Shown here one piece after another: positions 48,337-58,129 of a DNA stretch of 64,000 bases; the stretch's first letter is position 1, and each line of letters starts with the position of its first letter. This stretch comes from Candidatus Lustribacter sp. Its GTDB lineage: Bacteria; Vulcanimicrobiota; Vulcanimicrobiia; Vulcanimicrobiales; Vulcanimicrobiaceae. The stretch spans positions 1,760,001-1,824,000 of the forward strand of contig OZ255842.1 in NCBI GenBank assembly GCA_965277805.1, in the 5' to 3' direction. The notes under the pieces are model-generated. The model did no database searches. It saw nothing but the letters and a program-made list of their open reading frames with translations, and had not been told where the DNA came from. A program made the position numbers and the translations under genes.

Positions 48337-49359
48337 GTGAAACGGACCGTTCTCGTTACCGGCGGTGCCGGATACGTCGGCGCGATGCTCGTGCCGAAAC
48401 TGCTCGCGCGCGGCTTCGCCGTCCGCGTGCTCGACTGCTACTATTACGGCCGCGAACCGCTGGCGCTGTTCGCCGGCGCCGAAGGGCTCGAAGAAATCGA
48501 TGCCGACCTGCGCGACCGCGCCGCCGTGAACCGCGCCGTCGAGGGCTGCGATAGTGTGATCCACCTGGCCTGTATCTCGAACGATCCCTCATTCGAACTC
48601 GATCCCGATCTCGGCAAGTCGATCAACTTCGATGCCTTCGAACCCCTCGTCGATGCCGCAAAGCGGGCCGGCGTCAAACGCTTCATCTACGCGTCGTCGA
48701 GCTCCGTGTACGGCGTGAGCGAAGCACCGGAGGTGCGCGAAGACCATCCGCTGCTCGCCCTCACCGACTACAGCAAATACAAAGCCATGTGCGAACCGAT
48801 CGCGCTCGCGGCGAACAGCAAAGACTTCGAGGTCGTCGTTCTGCGCCCGGCAACGGTGTGCGGTTACTCGACCCGGATGCGCTTCGACCTCTCGGTGAAC
48901 ATCCTCACCAACCACGCGGTCAACAACAAGAAGATCCTGGTGTTCGGCGGCTCGCAAATGCGTCCCAACATCCACATCGACGACATCACCGATCTCTACG
49001 TCGACTTGCTCGACGAGCGCTCCGAACTGATCGCCGGCGAGATCTTCAACGCCGGTTATCAGAACCGCTCGATCGCCGACATCGCGGGCATCGTAAAAGC
49101 GGTCGTCGAGCGCGAAATGCCCGAACTCGGCGCCGTTGCGATCGAAACTCAAACGACCGACGACCTGCGCTCCTACCGCGTCAACTCCGACAAGATCGAA
49201 CGCGTCCTCGGCTTCAAGACGCGGCATACGATCGAGGAGGCCGTGCGCGACCTCACCCGCGCCTTCCGCGCCGGCCGCTTCCCGAACAGCATGACCGATC
49301 CGCGCTACTTCAACGTGAAGCTCATGAAAGACGCTGGGGCGGAGCCAGCGATGTCGTAG
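48337..49359 (+). CDS. NAD-dependent NDP-sugar epimerase/reductase
   Basis: TGGAGYVG, HLACISNDP, YSKYK, RMRFDLSVN. Confidence 0.92.
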   Translation: MKRTVLVTGGAGYVGAMLVPKLLARGFAVRVLDCYYYGREPLALFAGAEGLEEIDADLRDRAAVNRAVEGCDSVIHLACISNDPSFELDPDLGKSINFDAFEPLVDAAKRAGVKRFIYASSSSVYGVSEAPEVREDHPLLALTDYSKYKAMCEPIALAANSKDFEVVVLRPATVCGYSTRMRFDLSVNILTNHAVNNKKILVFGGSQMRPNIHIDDITDLYVDLLDERSELIAGEIFNAGYQNRSIADIAGIVKAVVEREMPELGAVAIETQTTDDLRSYRVNSDKIERVLGFKTRHTIEEAVRDLTRAFRAGRFPNSMTDPRYFNVKLMKDAGAEPAMS

Positions 49360-51055
49360 GCGGGAACACCTCACCCTTGGGACGCGTGGCGACGTTGGCC
49401 AGCATTGCCGCCCGCTGTTCTGTGATCCAAGGGCGATCCGGCCGCGCATGAAGCTCGTCGAAGATTCGCCGCAGCTCCATCACCGAGTCCGCCTTAGCCG
49501 AGAAATTATCGGTGTGAATCCGCCACTCGCACGTAAACTGATCGACGTACGCAAACGAGTAACGTTGCAGCGCACGGAGCTGAAACTCCTGATCGGATAA
49601 GCTCAAATCTTCGCTCCAGCCGCCGACCTCATCGAGCAGGCTGCGCCGGAATAAGATCGAGTGGCCGGCGATGGGCGTACAGATCAGAGCTTCGCCCGGA
49701 GTCGCGGTTCCAATGAATTGGGATGCGTTGAAACCCCTCGTCAGCACCCCGTCGTCGTTTCGCACCACATAACGGATGAGTGTATTCGAATGCGCCAGCG
49801 GCTCGCCGGAACGGAGCATTGCGATCGCGAGCCGCTCGACGTGATCCGGATACAGCCAATCATCGTCCGAGAGCACTTGGAGAAAACCATCCTCCACGAG
49901 CCCAACTCCCGCCATGAACGCACGGGTCGCGCCGCCGTTCTGCCCCAAATCGAGCAGACGCGCAAAAGGATAGCGCGCCACGATGTCGTCCACTCGCTCG
50001 CCCGCATCGTTCACGACGACGGCTCGCACGTTCGGATATGTCTGCGCGCCGATACACTCGAGACAGCGAGCAAGATCGGCTCGCCGATTGAAGGTCGGTA
50101 TTACGATCGTGGCCGGCGGTACGTCGTGTACGGCGATCGGCAAACCGGCGCGGACGGGCGCCGGCGGCGGAGCGGGCGGCACGGCGCGCACCGACGCAGG
50201 CCGGCTCAGCGCCTTCGCTACGGCTACATAGAGCTGACGCGGCGACACCGTATCGAAGACTTGGACGTCGCGGATGAATTCGCTCGCACCCGAAGACACC
50301 GGCGCGACGACGCCGAAGCCGCGGCGCGCAAAGGCGATAGCGGCGCCCGGATCGGTCGCATCGGAAAGAACCACGCAGGCAGCGGTTGCGAGCGCATCTG
50401 CCACGCGCGGATCCGCGGGTTGCAGGGCGGTTGCATTCATACCCGCGGGCAAGATGCCGTCGGCCGAAACGATCGTCAGATCGGCATGGACTTCGGCCAG
50501 CGCAAATGCAAACAGCCGCACCGTTCCCGCATCGCGTTCCGGCGACCACAGGACGACTGCGGGGCGTTTCGCGGAACGCCGTTCGATGGGCGGCAACGGC
50601 GGCTCGACCACGACTACCTCATACGGATGCGGCTGGCGTGCCAGGCTCAGTAAACGGCCGTATTCCTGGTTCGAGCGGACGAGCATGGCCGAACTCAGCG
50701 CGAAAAACTCCATCACCGTCCGACGTAAGAGCTCGTCTTCGATATCCGGCACGGACAGATACTCGGGCCCTGATTTTCCACCGAGAATTACGCCACCGCT
50801 CGAGAAACCATACAGCATCGCACGTATGCGATCCGGATGCCGCGTGCCGTCCATCAGCGTCGACGACAGCGCCGTCATCGTCCGGTCACCGATCGGATCG
50901 AGGATCAGCAGCCCATAAAACGGCTCGCCTAACGCATGACGGCGAATCGCCTCGAGCAGTCCTTCCAACACATGGTTGGCGTCGATAACGATCGCCGACA
51001 TGTCGGGTAATCCGGCAGCATAGCTTTCGGCTTGCGGACCGTACGCACTGATCAC
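49322..51055 (-). CDS. Glycosyltransferase: degenerate GT-B-like N-terminus + GT2 domain
   Basis: IVIPTFNRR, VVNDAG, LSDDDW; full-length paralog of 51063-52799. Confidence 0.85.
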   Translation of the reverse strand: MISAYGPQAESYAAGLPDMSAIVIDANHVLEGLLEAIRRHALGEPFYGLLILDPIGDRTMTALSSTLMDGTRHPDRIRAMLYGFSSGGVILGGKSGPEYLSVPDIEDELLRRTVMEFFALSSAMLVRSNQEYGRLLSLARQPHPYEVVVVEPPLPPIERRSAKRPAVVLWSPERDAGTVRLFAFALAEVHADLTIVSADGILPAGMNATALQPADPRVADALATAACVVLSDATDPGAAIAFARRGFGVVAPVSSGASEFIRDVQVFDTVSPRQLYVAVAKALSRPASVRAVPPAPPPAPVRAGLPIAVHDVPPATIVIPTFNRRADLARCLECIGAQTYPNVRAVVVNDAGERVDDIVARYPFARLLDLGQNGGATRAFMAGVGLVEDGFLQVLSDDDWLYPDHVERLAIAMLRSGEPLAHSNTLIRYVVRNDDGVLTRGFNASQFIGTATPGEALICTPIAGHSILFRRSLLDEVGGWSEDLSLSDQEFQLRALQRYSFAYVDQFTCEWRIHTDNFSAKADSVMELRRIFDELHARPDRPWITEQRAAMLANVATRPKGEVFPPTTSLAPPQRLS

Positions 51056-51062
51056 GCGCGGC

Positions 51063-52799
51063 TCACGAAGGGCCCAGGGGGTGCCCCAGCGTTAGCGTCG
51101 CTTCGAAAATTTGGCCTTTGGCGCGCGAAGCGATGTTGGCCAGCATCAGGTCGCGCTGCTCGCTGATGTAGGGACGATCGGGTGTCGGATGAAGGACTTC
51201 GAAGATTCGCCGCTGCTCGGTCACGGCGTCGGCCTTGCCCGAAAAATTCTCCGTGTGAACCCGCCACTCGCACGTAAAGTCATCGACGTACGCAAAGGTG
51301 TAACGCTGCAGCGCGCGCATTTGAAATTCCTGATCGGACAAGGCCGAATCTTCACGCCATCCGCCGATCTCGTCGAAGAGGCTACGCCGGAACATGATCG
51401 AATGGCCGGCGATCGGCGTGCAGATCAGCCCCTCGCTGGGCGTCGCGGTTTCGACAAAAATCGTCGCGTTGAATCCCGTCGTCAACAAGCCGGCATCGGT
51501 TCGCACGACATAGCGAATGAGCGTGTTGGAATGCGCTGCCGGCTCGCCCGAGCGGAGCATCGCGGTTACGAGCCGATCCACGTGATCGGGATAGAGCCAA
51601 TCGTCATCCGAGAGTACTTGGACGAACCCGTCCGTAACGAGGTCCGCGCCTGCCATGAACGCGCGGGTCGTGCCGCCGTTCTGCTCGAGATTGAGCAAGC
51701 GAGCAAAGGGAAACCGCGCCACGATATCGTCAACCGGTTCGCCCGCATCGTTCACGATGACGGCGCGCACGTTGGGATAGGTTTGCGCCTTTAAACACTC
51801 CAGCACGCGAGCGAGATCGCCTCGGCGGTTGAACGTCGGTATCACGATCCACGCCGGAAGCGCTTCATTTACGGCGATGGGTGAGGTTGGGGGAATCGGC
51901 GCCGGCGGCGGGGCGGGCGGCACAAAGCGCACCGAGGACGGCTCACCCAATGTCTTCGACACGGCAACATAAATCTGACGCGGCGAGACCGGGTCGAAGA
52001 TTTGAACGTTGCGGACGAACTCGTTCGCGCCCGACGTGAGCGGCGCAACGACGCCATAGCCGCGGCGTGCAAATGCAATAGCGGCGCCCGGATCCGTCGG
52101 GTCGGTGACGACGACGCAGGTTGCGGTCGCGAGCGCATCGGCCAAGCGCGAATCGCCGGGCTGCAGCGCGAGCGTCGCGTTGACGCCGGCCGGGAGAATA
52201 CCGTCGGACGAAACGATCGTTATATCCGCGTGAAGTTCCGCCAACGCAAATGCATAGAGACGGACGCTAAGAACGTCGCGCTCCGGCGACCAGAGGATAA
52301 CGCCGGGACGTTTTGCGGGACGCCGTTCGGCAGGCGGGAGCGACGGCTCGACTACGACCACTTCGTAGGGCTTCGGATGGCGCATCAGTCCCAGCAATCG
52401 GCTGTATTCGTGGGCCGAACGGACGAGTATGCCCGAACTCATCCCGAGAAACTCCGTGACGGACTGACGCGAGAGCTGCTCGTCAACGTCCGGCACGGAG
52501 AGCCACTCCTTGCCTGATTTTCCACCGAGAATCACGCGGCCGCTCGAAAACGTGTCAAGAATCTGGCGCTGCCGGTCGGGATCCTGGGTCTCCCCTTGCA
52601 CGCTCAGCGCCAGCGTCGTCATCGTCCGGTCACCGATGGGATCGACGATCACCAATCCGTAGAAGCTCTCGCCCAACGCGCGCCGGCGAATCGCCTCGAG
52701 ATACGCGTCGATAACCTTGGAGACATCGGTGACGATCGCGGACATATCGGGCATACCGGCAGCATAGGCCGTCGCTCGTGGGCCGAATGCTTTGATCAA
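51063..52799 (-). CDS. Glycosyltransferase: degenerate GT-B-like N-terminus + GT2 domain
   Basis: IVIPTFNRR, IVNDAG, LSDDDW; TTG 52799 chosen by alignment with the paralog and TTGA coupling. Confidence 0.85.
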   Translation of the reverse strand: MIKAFGPRATAYAAGMPDMSAIVTDVSKVIDAYLEAIRRRALGESFYGLVIVDPIGDRTMTTLALSVQGETQDPDRQRQILDTFSSGRVILGGKSGKEWLSVPDVDEQLSRQSVTEFLGMSSGILVRSAHEYSRLLGLMRHPKPYEVVVVEPSLPPAERRPAKRPGVILWSPERDVLSVRLYAFALAELHADITIVSSDGILPAGVNATLALQPGDSRLADALATATCVVVTDPTDPGAAIAFARRGYGVVAPLTSGANEFVRNVQIFDPVSPRQIYVAVSKTLGEPSSVRFVPPAPPPAPIPPTSPIAVNEALPAWIVIPTFNRRGDLARVLECLKAQTYPNVRAVIVNDAGEPVDDIVARFPFARLLNLEQNGGTTRAFMAGADLVTDGFVQVLSDDDWLYPDHVDRLVTAMLRSGEPAAHSNTLIRYVVRTDAGLLTTGFNATIFVETATPSEGLICTPIAGHSIMFRRSLFDEIGGWREDSALSDQEFQMRALQRYTFAYVDDFTCEWRVHTENFSGKADAVTEQRRIFEVLHPTPDRPYISEQRDLMLANIASRAKGQIFEATLTLGHPLGPS

Positions 52800-53194
52800 G
52801 ATAGTGCCGATGTACGGAGGGGCGATGAAGCATCCCTGGCCATCTGCAGCGTCGCAGCCAGCGGAATGACGGGCTGTTGCGTCAATCGTTGCAGCCAAGG
52901 CGCGATGAGTTCGACGAGCGCCTCCGCACGGTCATCGCCGAGGATGCTCGCCGCCTGCGGCCATTGCCATCCCGCAGCGTTTTTCGCAGCCGCCGCGAGA
53001 TCGACGATCACGCCCGGCAGAACCGCGGTTTGTTCGCCCCGCTGAAAGACCAGATCGACGCGCCCGCAGTCGGCGCCCTCATGCGTCACGAGTTCGAAGC
53101 GAACCGCCGTAAGGTACTCCGGATGCAAGGCCGCGGAAGTGCCCGGGACGTTCAACCACACTTGCAATTCGCTGTAGGCTCCGTGCGTTTTCAC
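52796..53194 (-). CDS. Hypothetical protein (132 aa)
   Basis: Coupled on both sides (GTGA at 53191-53194, TTGA at 52796-52799). Confidence 0.6.
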   Translation of the reverse strand: MKTHGAYSELQVWLNVPGTSAALHPEYLTAVRFELVTHEGADCGRVDLVFQRGEQTAVLPGVIVDLAAAAKNAAGWQWPQAASILGDDRAEALVELIAPWLQRLTQQPVIPLAATLQMARDASSPLRTSALS

Positions 53195-55158
53195 GTCCAG
53201 TTTCCGATCGTGAACTCCGTGCCGACAGGTTCCGGCGGCGGCAAATGGACGTAATCGCGTTCGCGCACGAAGCCGCGCCGGATGGCGGGCAACACGTCCC
53301 AGGCGCCCACCGCGGACGCGGCGAGATCCCAGCGGCGCAAAAATGCCGCCGAGTTTGTCTTGAGGATGGCGTCGTACGGGAGCCCGTTTGCGGTGAACGA
53401 CGCGCTGCCGAAATGATGGATGAACGAATCGTGGCAGACGGCGATTTCATATCCCGCCGCGCGCACGCGAACGCAGAAGTCGTCGTCCTCAAAATTGCCG
53501 AAGCCAAAACGGGGATCGAACCCGCCGATTTCATCGATCACGCGCCGGTCGATGCAGAGACAAAAGCCCGATGCACGGGGCACAAGATCGAACGTCCCGC
53601 GATGCTCGCGCCTACGCCGGGCGGCATACGCATGCATTTCCGGGATGCTGTCGTAGACGGCATCATCGAGCTGCTGACTTCCGAAGACCGAATTGCTGCG
53701 CGGGCTGCTGACGCCGATCGTGGGCCGGCGGCGCTGAACGTCGAGCAGCGCCTCGAGCCAACCCGCGGTGACGATGACATCGTTGTTGAGCACGACGATG
53801 TGGCTGCCGTCCGCCGCTGCGATGCCCTGATTCGTGCCGTGGGCGAAACCCGTGTTCACGGGATTGTAGATCACGCGGACGCCCGGCAGCGCCGCGATGC
53901 GCCGCACGGTTTCCGAACGCGAACCGTTGTCGACGACGATGATCTCGAAGGGTACGCGCGTGTGCTCGCGGATCGACGCGACGGCGACCTCGGTGAATTC
54001 GGGTGCATTCCAGCTCAAGGTGACGATCGACGTCAATCCCGGTATGCCGTGGGCGATCGCCGCCGGCAAGGCCTCCGCCGGCTCACCTTCACGACGCACG
54101 CCGCGTCCATGCGCCTCCGCGCGCGCGACCCAATCGGTCACTGCTTCGCCGAGCGGCAGATCCTCGCGCAGCCGCACGTGCTGCGGAATCAGCCGAGGCG
54201 CAACGATCGTGGTCCCGTCGACGCGTTCTGCTGCAACGGTGTCGACGCCGGACTCGACGGTCGCGATCAGGTGGTTGAGCCAATCCGGCTCGAGCTGGGC
54301 ATCGCCGCGCAGAAATACGACATACCCTTCGCCGCGCCGTTCGGTCGCCGCCCGTGCGGCAGCCATGCCGCCGGCTTCCGCATCCGCGCCCGTCCAGATG
54401 GTCTTGGCCGGCTGCAAACGCGAGCACTGCAGCGCAGCGGTAAATGCTGCGGGATCGCTCGGCGCCGGGCCGTGAACGATCACCGTTACCGGGAAGAGCG
54501 GTACCAAAACGAGCCCGAGCCCGGCCGGCGTGAAGTCTTCGCGCACGACGTAACCGTCGCGTTCGCACCACGAATTTTCCAGCGGAAACGCGCGTCCGCG
54601 CCAGCGGCGGGCAAAGATATCCTGGTCGCGATCCTGCGTGTCGAACAGCGGTGCGAGCACCGGTTCCGCACGCACGTACGCGAGGGCGGGCAGAACGACG
54701 CTGCGCCATCCCAGCTCTCGCGCACGCAACGCATAGTCGACCGCAGCGTACGTCTCGCCCAAACCCTCGTCGAACCCGCCGAGTTCATCGAAGAGCGCCC
54801 GCGGCGTCGCGAGGCAGCGCAGGCTGACGGCGTCGCAAAACGCATTCTGCGCGCGCACTTGGCGATGCACGCTGAAGCCGCGCAGCGTCAGCCGTGCGGG
54901 GTGAAAGATCAGACCGGCTTCCTCGAGCTCACCGGCCGGCGACAGCAGCACGCCGCCGGCGACGCCTACATCCGGCGCCGCGAACGCCCCGAGCAATGCC
55001 GCAATGAAGTCCGGCACGGCCGGAACGATATCGCGCATGAACACGAGAACCGCGCCCTGCGCTTGCTGTGCCGCCCGGTTGAGCGCAGCGCCGGGTGCAC
55101 GCGGATCGGCCTCGACGTCGATCGCTTCGCCGCGTCCATCGGTGAACGAGTACTTCAT
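53191..55158 (-). CDS. Multi-domain GT2 glycosyltransferase
   Basis: C-terminal GT2 SIVTLSWN, VDNGS, LNNDV, GFGNFEDDDF; degenerate N-terminal GT2. Confidence 0.88.
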   Translation of the reverse strand: MKYSFTDGRGEAIDVEADPRAPGAALNRAAQQAQGAVLVFMRDIVPAVPDFIAALLGAFAAPDVGVAGGVLLSPAGELEEAGLIFHPARLTLRGFSVHRQVRAQNAFCDAVSLRCLATPRALFDELGGFDEGLGETYAAVDYALRARELGWRSVVLPALAYVRAEPVLAPLFDTQDRDQDIFARRWRGRAFPLENSWCERDGYVVREDFTPAGLGLVLVPLFPVTVIVHGPAPSDPAAFTAALQCSRLQPAKTIWTGADAEAGGMAAARAATERRGEGYVVFLRGDAQLEPDWLNHLIATVESGVDTVAAERVDGTTIVAPRLIPQHVRLREDLPLGEAVTDWVARAEAHGRGVRREGEPAEALPAAIAHGIPGLTSIVTLSWNAPEFTEVAVASIREHTRVPFEIIVVDNGSRSETVRRIAALPGVRVIYNPVNTGFAHGTNQGIAAADGSHIVVLNNDVIVTAGWLEALLDVQRRRPTIGVSSPRSNSVFGSQQLDDAVYDSIPEMHAYAARRRREHRGTFDLVPRASGFCLCIDRRVIDEIGGFDPRFGFGNFEDDDFCVRVRAAGYEIAVCHDSFIHHFGSASFTANGLPYDAILKTNSAAFLRRWDLAASAVGAWDVLPAIRRGFVRERDYVHLPPPEPVGTEFTIGNWT

Positions 55159-55175
55159 TTAGAAGCGGGTCAAGA

Positions 55176-56324
55176 CTATGCGCTTCCCTGCATCGCTTCG
55201 GCAAGCGTTTCGACGGCGGCGTTCGCCGCGACGCGGGCCGCGCGATCGGCCGCGCGCACCGCATCGAGCGTCAGTTCGGCGCGTTCGACCGATGCCAAGG
55301 CCGTCGCGATGCAGCGCGGGATGTCGCCAAAGCGAATGCGGCCGGCGACGAATGCGGCCACCGCAACTTCGTTCGCGGCCGAGAGCGCTGCCGGCACCGT
55401 GCCGCCTTCGCGCAGCGCGCGATAGGCCAAACCCAAACAGGGGAAGCGCTCGACGTCGGGCCGTTCGAAGCCGAGCACCGTGGCCGACCCATCGATCGCA
55501 CCGCCGACGGCGACCAGCGGATCCGTTTCCGGATGGTCGGCGAGACGATCCGGATACGCGAGCGCGTAGCCGATGGGCAGCCGCATGTCGGGGCGTGCGA
55601 ATTGCCCGACGACGTTGCCGTCGGTGAAGATCGCAAAGCCGTGCGCGACGCTGGTCCGATGCACGAGCACGTGGATGCGCTCGCCGGGCAGCGCGAAGAA
55701 CCGGCTGGCCTCGATCACTTCCAGCCCCTTGTTCATCAACGACGCGGAATCGATCGTGTTCTTCACGCCCATTTGCCACGTCGGATGTTTGAGCGCGTCC
55801 TCGACGCGCGCGTTCGCGATCTCTTCGGCCGGCGCGTTCCAGAACGGTCCGCCGGATGCGGTGAGCACGATGCTCGCGATGCGTTCGGGCGGCTCGCCCG
55901 CAACGCATTGAAAGATCGCGCTGTGTTCGCTGTCGACCGGCAGCAGTTTTGCACCGCTGGTCTTAGCATGGCGGAACAGCAGCTCGCCCGCGGCCACGAT
56001 CAACTCTTTGTTGGCCACCGCGACATCGATGCCGGCGTCGACTGCGGCGAACACCGCATCGAACGCAACCGCGCCGTCGGTGGCGGCGAGCAGGATGTCG
56101 GGCTCGGAATCGACCGCGACCGCGCGCAGCCCGTCGGGTCCGTCGGCGGCCGAAGCCGTGATGCGCGGCTTGAACTGCGCGATCTGTTCGGCCAGCAGAT
56201 CGACGTTTCGTCCGGCGGCGAGGCCCACGACTTCGAAGCGCTCCGGGTGGCGCGCGATCACGTCGAGGGCTTGCCGTCCGATGCTCCCGGTCGAACCGAG
56301 AATCGCGACCCGTTTCCGTTTCAC
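55176..56324 (-). CDS. dxr: 1-deoxy-D-xylulose 5-phosphate reductoisomerase
   Basis: ILGSTGSIG, ANKE, LPVDSEHSAI, LTASGGPF, HPTWQMG, NKGLE. Confidence 0.98.
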   Translation of the reverse strand: MKRKRVAILGSTGSIGRQALDVIARHPERFEVVGLAAGRNVDLLAEQIAQFKPRITASAADGPDGLRAVAVDSEPDILLAATDGAVAFDAVFAAVDAGIDVAVANKELIVAAGELLFRHAKTSGAKLLPVDSEHSAIFQCVAGEPPERIASIVLTASGGPFWNAPAEEIANARVEDALKHPTWQMGVKNTIDSASLMNKGLEVIEASRFFALPGERIHVLVHRTSVAHGFAIFTDGNVVGQFARPDMRLPIGYALAYPDRLADHPETDPLVAVGGAIDGSATVLGFERPDVERFPCLGLAYRALREGGTVPAALSAANEVAVAAFVAGRIRFGDIPRCIATALASVERAELTLDAVRAADRAARVAANAAVETLAEAMQGSA

Positions 56325-56340
56325 CTAGGTTCCTTTTGCG

Positions 56341-57192
56341 CTAGGAGCCGTACATCCCGTGCGGGATCACGCCCACGACGTAGAGTGCGAAATAGAACGC
56401 GATGCCGCCGAAAATGTATGAATCGAAACGGTCGAGGACGCCGCCGTGTCCACCGATCAGGCTGCCGGCATCTTTCACGTGGGCGTCGCGTTTGAGCGCG
56501 CTCTCGACGAGGTCGCCCGCTTGCGCGGCGACCGAGGTGATCGCGCCGATCAGCGCGCCTTGCCACCACAGCAAGTGCAGCCACGGCGTGAGGCCGATCG
56601 CGACCCCGGCAAGAATCGCGACCGCGAGGCCGCCGGCCGACCCTTCGATGGTCTTGCGCGGGGAGATCGGGCTCAAGGGCGTGCGGCCGAAGCGCGTGCC
56701 GATCACCATTGCGAAGATGTCGGTGAACGCGATCAGGACGATCGCCATCACCGTCGCCGCCGTACCGATCTGCGGCAAGAGGCGGATCGCGATGAAGTAC
56801 GTCATCAGCTTGCCGATGTAGAGCACGGCCAGCAGCGTGTACCCGCTGCGCGCGAACGCCCCTTCGCTGCTCGCGAAGAGTCCGGTCACGAGCGCCACGA
56901 CGACGGTTGCGGCGAGCAGCACCCCTTCGTAGCGGTGAATGCGGCCGAAGTAGGTCAGCAGGAAGTACAACACGATCGCGACGAGCGCCACGGGCATTTC
57001 GAGCCACGGACCCTTGCGCGCCGAGAGTTGCGCGAACTCCCACAGGCAGCCGATCGCGATGGCCGTACACAACACGAGAAACCCCGGCAGCCAGAACACC
57101 GCGCCGATCCCGACGATCGCGAGCAGCAAACCGACGATAATGCGGCGTGCGCCGATGGGTTGAGTTACGCCCGTTACGGGCGCAGCGGTCAC
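56341..57192 (-). CDS. cdsA: Phosphatidate cytidylyltransferase
   Basis: ISPRKTIEG, GDLVESALKRDAHVKD, GHGGVLDRFDS. Confidence 0.96.
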   Translation of the reverse strand: MTAAPVTGVTQPIGARRIIVGLLLAIVGIGAVFWLPGFLVLCTAIAIGCLWEFAQLSARKGPWLEMPVALVAIVLYFLLTYFGRIHRYEGVLLAATVVVALVTGLFASSEGAFARSGYTLLAVLYIGKLMTYFIAIRLLPQIGTAATVMAIVLIAFTDIFAMVIGTRFGRTPLSPISPRKTIEGSAGGLAVAILAGVAIGLTPWLHLLWWQGALIGAITSVAAQAGDLVESALKRDAHVKDAGSLIGGHGGVLDRFDSYIFGGIAFYFALYVVGVIPHGMYGS

Positions 57193-57932
57193 GAGCCCCC
57201 GAAGCGGCGGCGCCGGCGCTGGTATTCGGCCAGCGCACCCGCAAAGTCGTCGCGCCCGAAATCCGGCCAGTACACGTCGGTCATCAGCAGTTCGGTATAA
57301 GCGGCCTGATAGAGCAAGAAATTCGACAAGCGCGACTCGCCGCCGGGCCGGATGAGCATATCGGGATCCGGCATGTCGGCGGTGTAGAGATACGAGGCGA
57401 TGCGCTCGTCATCGATCGCATCGGGCGCGAGCTTTCCGGCTTGCACGTCGCGCGCCAGCGCAACTACGGCATCGCGCACTTCGCTGCGCCCGCTGTAGTT
57501 CACGGCCAGATTGAGACGCAATCCGGTGCAGTCTTTCGTTTTTGCCATCAAACCGTCAAGCGCGTCGCGCGACGGCGCCGGCAGCATCTCGTAGTGCCCG
57601 ATCACGTTGACGTGCACGTTGTTACGCCGCAACTCGGCGAGTTCCGACTGCGCAAAATACACGCACAAGTCGAGCAAGAGCGAGATCTCGGTTGAGTCGC
57701 GCTTCCAGTTCTCGGTCGAAAAACCGTAGACGGTGAGCATCGGGATGCCCCAATCGTTGCAGGCACGGGTCACTTCGCGCAGCGCGACGATCCCGCGGCG
57801 GTGGCCTTCGATTGCCGGCATGCGGCGCTCGCGCGCCCAGCGGCGATTGCCGTCCATGATGATCGCGACGTGTCCGGGCAAGCGGTCCGCATCCAGTGAG
57901 ACGTCGCTCGGCGGACGCAGCATGGTGGCCAT
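57189..57932 (-). CDS. uppS: Undecaprenyl diphosphate synthase
   Basis: HVAIIMDGNRRWA, FSTENWKR, NYSGR, RLSNFLLYQAAY; ATG 57932 (TAATG coupling). Confidence 0.97.
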   Translation of the reverse strand: MATMLRPPSDVSLDADRLPGHVAIIMDGNRRWARERRMPAIEGHRRGIVALREVTRACNDWGIPMLTVYGFSTENWKRDSTEISLLLDLCVYFAQSELAELRRNNVHVNVIGHYEMLPAPSRDALDGLMAKTKDCTGLRLNLAVNYSGRSEVRDAVVALARDVQAGKLAPDAIDDERIASYLYTADMPDPDMLIRPGGESRLSNFLLYQAAYTELLMTDVYWPDFGRDDFAGALAEYQRRRRRFGGS

Positions 57933-58129
57933 TAGGGTCGCCGGTACCGCTCGTAGCCGCACAGGACGTCGAGCGGTCCGCTGCCGTCGTCGCGTACGCG
58001 TAGCACGCGCAAAGCACCGCCGCCGATCGCGGGATAGGGCGGCGTCAGCACGCGCAACGCGTGCGCGCGGGTGCCCAACCGGCGCCGCGCTTCAACCCAC
58101 GGCAGCAGCACGAGATCGGCGGTCTCCAT
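57932..58129 (-). CDS. Small hypothetical protein (65 aa, possibly PASTA-like)
   Basis: Fills the frr-uppS gap exactly, with TGATG and TAATG couplings and a GGAGG upstream. Confidence 0.7.
   Translation of the reverse strand: METADLVLLPWVEARRRLGTRAHALRVLTPPYPAIGGGALRVLRVRDDGSGPLDVLCGYERYRRP

Noticed and set aside
53245-55425. 726-aa plus-strand ORF
   Set aside because: Antisense shadow of the GT2 gene and dxr
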